DNA from: Hydrolagus affinis
Lineage: Eukaryota
DNA: 64,000 nt
Reading direction: 5' to 3'
Assembly (NCBI GenBank): GCA_012026655.1
Contig: JAAILG010000517.1
Span: 1 to 64,000, forward strand
Below the pieces are notes generated by a model, which saw nothing but the letters and a program-made list of their open reading frames with translations, was not told the DNA's origin and did no database searches. A program made the position numbers and the translations under genes. Shown one piece after another: positions 61,900 through 64,000 of this stretch; the first letter of the stretch is position 1; every line of letters begins with the position of its first letter.

Positions 61900-64000
61900 T
61901 GGCTGTTGTACGCTCCTCTCCATTTCCATCTCTACCTCTGCCAGCTCACTAACTGTAACTGGTGGAAATCCTGCCATTCTGGAGCTCAGATTCTAGGTGT
62001 CGTTTAACATGCCAGCTGTCTCCTCTTTCTCTGCTTCAGACTTGAAGGTGGTGGACTGCAGCTGGGGCAAATCCTCCCAATGGACTTGCAATCATTGCAA
62101 AACCAATTGGGTATCTAGCTTCAACCCATTGTTCCTACCAACCTCTCCAGTCCAGTGGTACTATCCTGAGGCATTTCGCAATGTTGTAAACTGCCTTCGG
62201 GCCCAAACTGATGGAACCGAGGTAGAAAGGAGTGCCTGAAAACATAGGAAATGTCTCATAAGAAGGTACGTGGAGGCTCGAGGTTACTCGTGAAGGTCAA
62301 AACCTGGGATGCTCCTTGAAGGATTCACTGTTGTGTTTTCTCACTGCTCCCGCAGTACAGATTGTGTGATTAACACGCTGCCGGACTGCTCAAGAAGTCA
62401 TACGAAAGACACAAGGTCAAAAAAAAAAGTCTGACATATGTAAATGACCTGAGTCATTTGACTCTTTATTTTATATATCGTTTTTGCTGTTTTTTTTAAA
62501 ATGAATTGCTAAAAGAACGCCGAAGCAAGGTAGAAATGGAAAATTGTGCATTAAATTGAAGTGCTCTGTGTTTGCTTTTTTTGTGGAGTGAAAACTCATC
62601 ATCTTCAGTGCTGTATGGTATGCCTTAGAGATTTGTGATCACAAGCACTTTTTTTTTTAAAAAAGAATATTTATTAGGATGTACATCCTAACACCTGGGT
62701 GGTGTATGAAGGATTCATTCCATGCCATTGCACCTGCATTTATTTGTAGGATGACTCTGGAGATGGGGCAAAGCCCCAATTTAGCAACGTTAAGGGAATT
62801 TTTAAACGTCCAAGACCCTGTGTGCTGATATCATCAAAGATATCCACCTTCATCCTTCCATATCTGGAGATTGTTTTCAGTCTTCTCTAAACTATGAAAT
62901 TTCTGTGGCGATTTGTTTAGTATGTACCCACACATAAGGAAGTAATTGTTCTGTGTATGAAATTGACTGATATTGAAAATGTACCATTCGAATGGGACAT
63001 CGAGAAAGGAAGAGAGTTCCAAGACAACAGAGGGGTTGCTACCCAAATTTTAATAGTCTGCTTGACATGCTTACAATGTTATCTCGTGTCAAGACAAAAT
63101 GCATCTCAACATAAAATAACTGAAATATAGTTCACAATTGAGACCCATTCAGTTAATGGGAATCTCAGCTAAAGGTTTTATAGGGCAGCTACAGATAATT
63201 ATGGAGTAGTTGGTAGAAGCTAATTCTTCTGATTAAGTGTCATTCAGTTGTCCTTAAAACCTTTCTCAGCCTCTCTACGGAAAAGGGTGCAATTATCATA
63301 AATGACCTCGCTCACCTGCAACGTCCATCATATGATTGTTTGAGGTTCAAAAGGTAAATGAGACACAGTAATTTTTTTTAAGTTTTAAAATGTTCTAATA
63401 GCACACAGCTTATCAATGTAAAATAAATGACACAAAAATTGTCTGTGCCTTATTACTTTTTGAAACAGAAAGATGTTTTGCGTACACAGAAACAATGGGC
63501 CACCTGCAATTGCTGATTATTAGCAATCCTTAGAAGTGTTTTAGTCTTTATTAATCTGGTACGAATATTACTTTTAAATCCCACACTGAAGAGGTGGAAT
63601 TTGACCCTGCTCAGTTACTTGTTTGTATTCATTGCTATTACAAAATGTGACAAGGCAGCAAATATAAATTATTTTTATTATAAATACTGTTGCCCCCAAA
63701 TGACATTAGCACATTAAAACATCCTAGTTTCAATTCAATTGCTGCCGTATGTTGTTGCAGTGATTTTGAGTGGCACATTGAGTGAAAATTCGTTCTGATG
63801 CTCAAACAGTTCAGTTGCAGAGCTGGAAGCTTTCTGGTTTCTGCCCTTGTTCTTGTTTAAAGACTTAGCTCAGTGAAAATATCTCTGGCTGCTGCAACTA
63901 AACATTTCTTTGGCTTTGAATATGTTGCTGAAAACGATTTTGCATTAAATTCTGCTGGATTGTGTTCATGTTGAACAGGCAAAGGTAACATATGGGGTGG
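61900..64000 (+). other. AFF2: AFF2 3' UTR (probably continues beyond the window); candidate AATAAA at 63422-63427
   Basis: Directly follows the stop codon. No recognisable repeats, U-rich tracts, several miRNA seed matches. The end is not determinable here. Confidence 0.7.

Overview
This is a eukaryotic (vertebrate) intron-rich window. It holds the 3' part of an AF4/FMR2-family gene on the + strand, best read as AFF2 (FMR2). I traced 14 coding exons between 6977 and the TAG at 61897-61899. All have GT-AG introns and consistent phases, and together they give 2485 nt (1 nt + 828 codons including the stop). The start of the 3' UTR follows. The N-terminal exons lie outside the window or were not found. 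The repeat content suggests a cartilaginous fish, possibly a holocephalan such as elephant shark; that is inference only. It includes SacSINE1/DeuSINE-like tRNA SINEs, L2 and CR1 3' ends, a decayed PIF/Harbinger transposase and several MITE-like foldbacks. Almost all ORFs in the supplied track are spurious intronic or repeat ORFs. I see no convincing wholly new biological system. The most interesting signals are: (i) an ~815-bp long-arm inverted repeat abutting a second foldback in the 27-kb intron; (ii) an I->F change in the ENL/AF9-binding LxVxIxL motif; (iii) AFF3-like segments in this AFF2; (iv) a covarying 3' stem-loop shared by three retroposon families; (v) an apparently chimeric SINE; and (vi) nested insertions. 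Comparisons to human paralogues and to repeat consensus sequences are from memory, not from alignments.
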